Assembly (NCBI GenBank): GCA_965178125.1
Contig: OZ237739.1
Span: 1,054,001 to 1,118,000 of the forward strand
Reading direction: 5' to 3'
Origin: Bilabrum cf. latius
Lineage: Eukaryota
Length of the DNA: 64,000 nucleotides
Part shown: positions 62,476 through 64,000 of the stretch, in pieces
Layout: every line of letters starts with the position of its first letter
How positions within the stretch are numbered: the stretch's first letter is position 1
Made by a program: the position numbers and the translations under genes
The notes under the pieces: generated by a model
The model's input: the letters and a program-made list of their open reading frames with translations, nothing else
The model's database searches: none
Told to the model about the DNA's origin: nothing

Positions 62476-64000
62476 TCACTCGCGACCACCCAACTGCCGC
62501 TCTTCGCTAGCATCGTCCTGCGAAGTTGCCTGGCCAGCCACAACTTCATGGCACCGCTGGCAAATCGGTACCAGGGAATCCGCCCCTTCCGCTTGCGCTT
62601 GGCTGTCGTCGGACAGGGGCACAACGGTTGGCTCGTACCGCCAGCATCGACCGCATCGGTGACCGTCTGCCGAGGCCAGCTGCACCGATATCTGCACGCT
62701 ACCGAGCGCACCCTATCTCTTGGAAACAGTCTTGAATGATGCGTCAAGGTGTAGCTCAGACAAGGGGTCCGCTGTTGCCGGATCCTTTCCGTCGCCCAGC
62801 AGCAGCTCCTGCTCATCCACAATTCTCACTGTCAAATCCAGCGGATGGTCCATGCGGCCCCCCAAGGAACCCGGCCCTGCCACAGACGCAGACTCCGCCA
62901 TGGTTTGCAATGCACCATCGATCTCAGCCGCATCCCCAACGCAAGCCACCTTCACGCCCGACACCTTGAGTGCATCAGACAGGTCGCATCTCCCTCGAGC
63001 CGAGAAGCTCAAGCTACCACTGGTGGCCCCCTGCTCCTAGCCGGCAAACCACGCCAAATATGCCGCCACCGCCGGCGCATCGGTCCCCGAAACGACAATC
63101 CTGGCATCAACCTCTTCGTCCGAGCCCACAAGACCATCGGTCCTGGCCCTCGCACGGAGGCTGTCCACGAGGCCACGCACAGCTCGTACAGCCTCATGCG
63201 CATCCTCGAGGAGCATGCAGCCGTCATTCGGCACACCTAGGGCAGCCGCAAGGGCTGGCACCTCGTGCGGCATCAGAGCTTCCCACCACCCGGGAAAGTC
63301 TGCGTGCGACCAGGACGAATCCATGCTGCTGATGCCGCTGACAAGAGGATCCGCCAGCAGATCCCTGCCCTTGCCGGTTCCAGTGCCTCCTGCGGCAGCA
63401 TCCACAATCTCGATCGAGTGCTGGAATATATCCTCTGCCGTGTAAGGTGCCACCGGTGCCAGGCTGGTGACCATGCCGCGCAAGCTGGCCCACAGCACGG
63501 CTCGGCAGCTCCGGCTCCTGGGATGCTCGAGCGGATCCGCATACAGACGGTCTTTGCACGCGTCCAGATAGCCAGCAGACATGTCTTGCGCCGCAAACTC
63601 GCCGAGCGCGGTGACGGCTCCCTTTGTCCCCAGGCCACCGTACGCAAGCCTTGCCTGATGCGTCATGCGACGCAGCGATGCAAGAGCCACTCTGTCGAGA
63701 GGGGTGTAGGCGGACAGTCCAGAGGGGCCGCCAGATGCGGGTGCGGGAGGCTGCGTCCAACTAGCGATAGCTGCAGCCTCGAGATCACCAGAAGCATCGT
63801 TTGCTACGCCCAGCTCTGCCGCGGTGCTTCCTTCGAGTGCTCCCAGGATAAACCGAGCGGTATTGCGCAACCTCCTCAGCTGCTCGAACGACTGCGCCAC
63901 GGAATCCTGCGAGATGGCCACGTCCGATTTCCAATCACTGCTAGCCACCCACATGCGCGCCACGTCCACTCCGTACGCTGGCGAGCCTTTGGCGCCGCCC
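62476..64000 (-). CDS. IARS2: Isoleucyl-tRNA synthetase, organellar/bacterial type, C-terminal part
   Basis: YGVDVARMWVASSD, RLRNTARFILG, YLDACKDRLY, LAPVAPYTAEDIF, C-terminal Zn finger CGRCWRY..ICQRC reached through TAG at 63039-63037 and 62715-62713; ends TGA. Confidence 0.88.

Noticed and set aside
1-64000. Pseudogene cluster, sequencing error or mutational decay as the source of internal stops
   Set aside because: Interruptions are exclusively TAG, without frameshifts, in many essential genes with intact catalytic motifs.
1-64000. UAG as Trp (A-to-I editing), pyrrolysine, Tyr, or the ciliate UAR=Gln code
   Set aside because: TAG aligns and interchanges with Gln codons, no pyl genes are present, and TAA terminates four genes. 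U-to-C editing cannot be excluded from DNA alone but is less parsimonious.

Overview
Gene-dense, GC-rich eukaryotic (protist) nuclear DNA with short GT-AG introns and Ala/Gly-rich low-complexity proteins. The style resembles a heterotrophic flagellate such as a bicosoecid stramenopile, but that is inference only. The key result is a non-standard nuclear genetic code: TAG is a sense codon, almost certainly Gln, while TAA and TGA remain stops. The supplied ORF track is fragmented because it stops at TAG. Reading TAG as Gln joins the pieces into about 21 intact genes carrying roughly 95 in-frame TAGs (hand count); of the 20 whose 3' end is visible, 16 end in TGA, 4 in TAA and none in TAG. Genes: nodulin-like MFS transporter, three related double-ubiquitin-like-domain genes (two tandem copies with a Parkin-RING0-like Cys domain), tRNA-Ser(CGA), SFI1-like protein, PPIE-type RRM protein, TPR protein, V-ATPase D, Nup96, membrane RBR E3 ligase, unknown membrane protein, Nup98 with WG instead of FG repeats, PAN/Apple-GH31, IMP1 peptidase, PH protein, DHHC palmitoyltransferase, a ~5400-aa coiled-coil protein, PRP4 kinase, NAC-beta, UTP7/WDR46 and organellar-type IleRS. 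Family assignments come from remembered motifs; no database searches were run.
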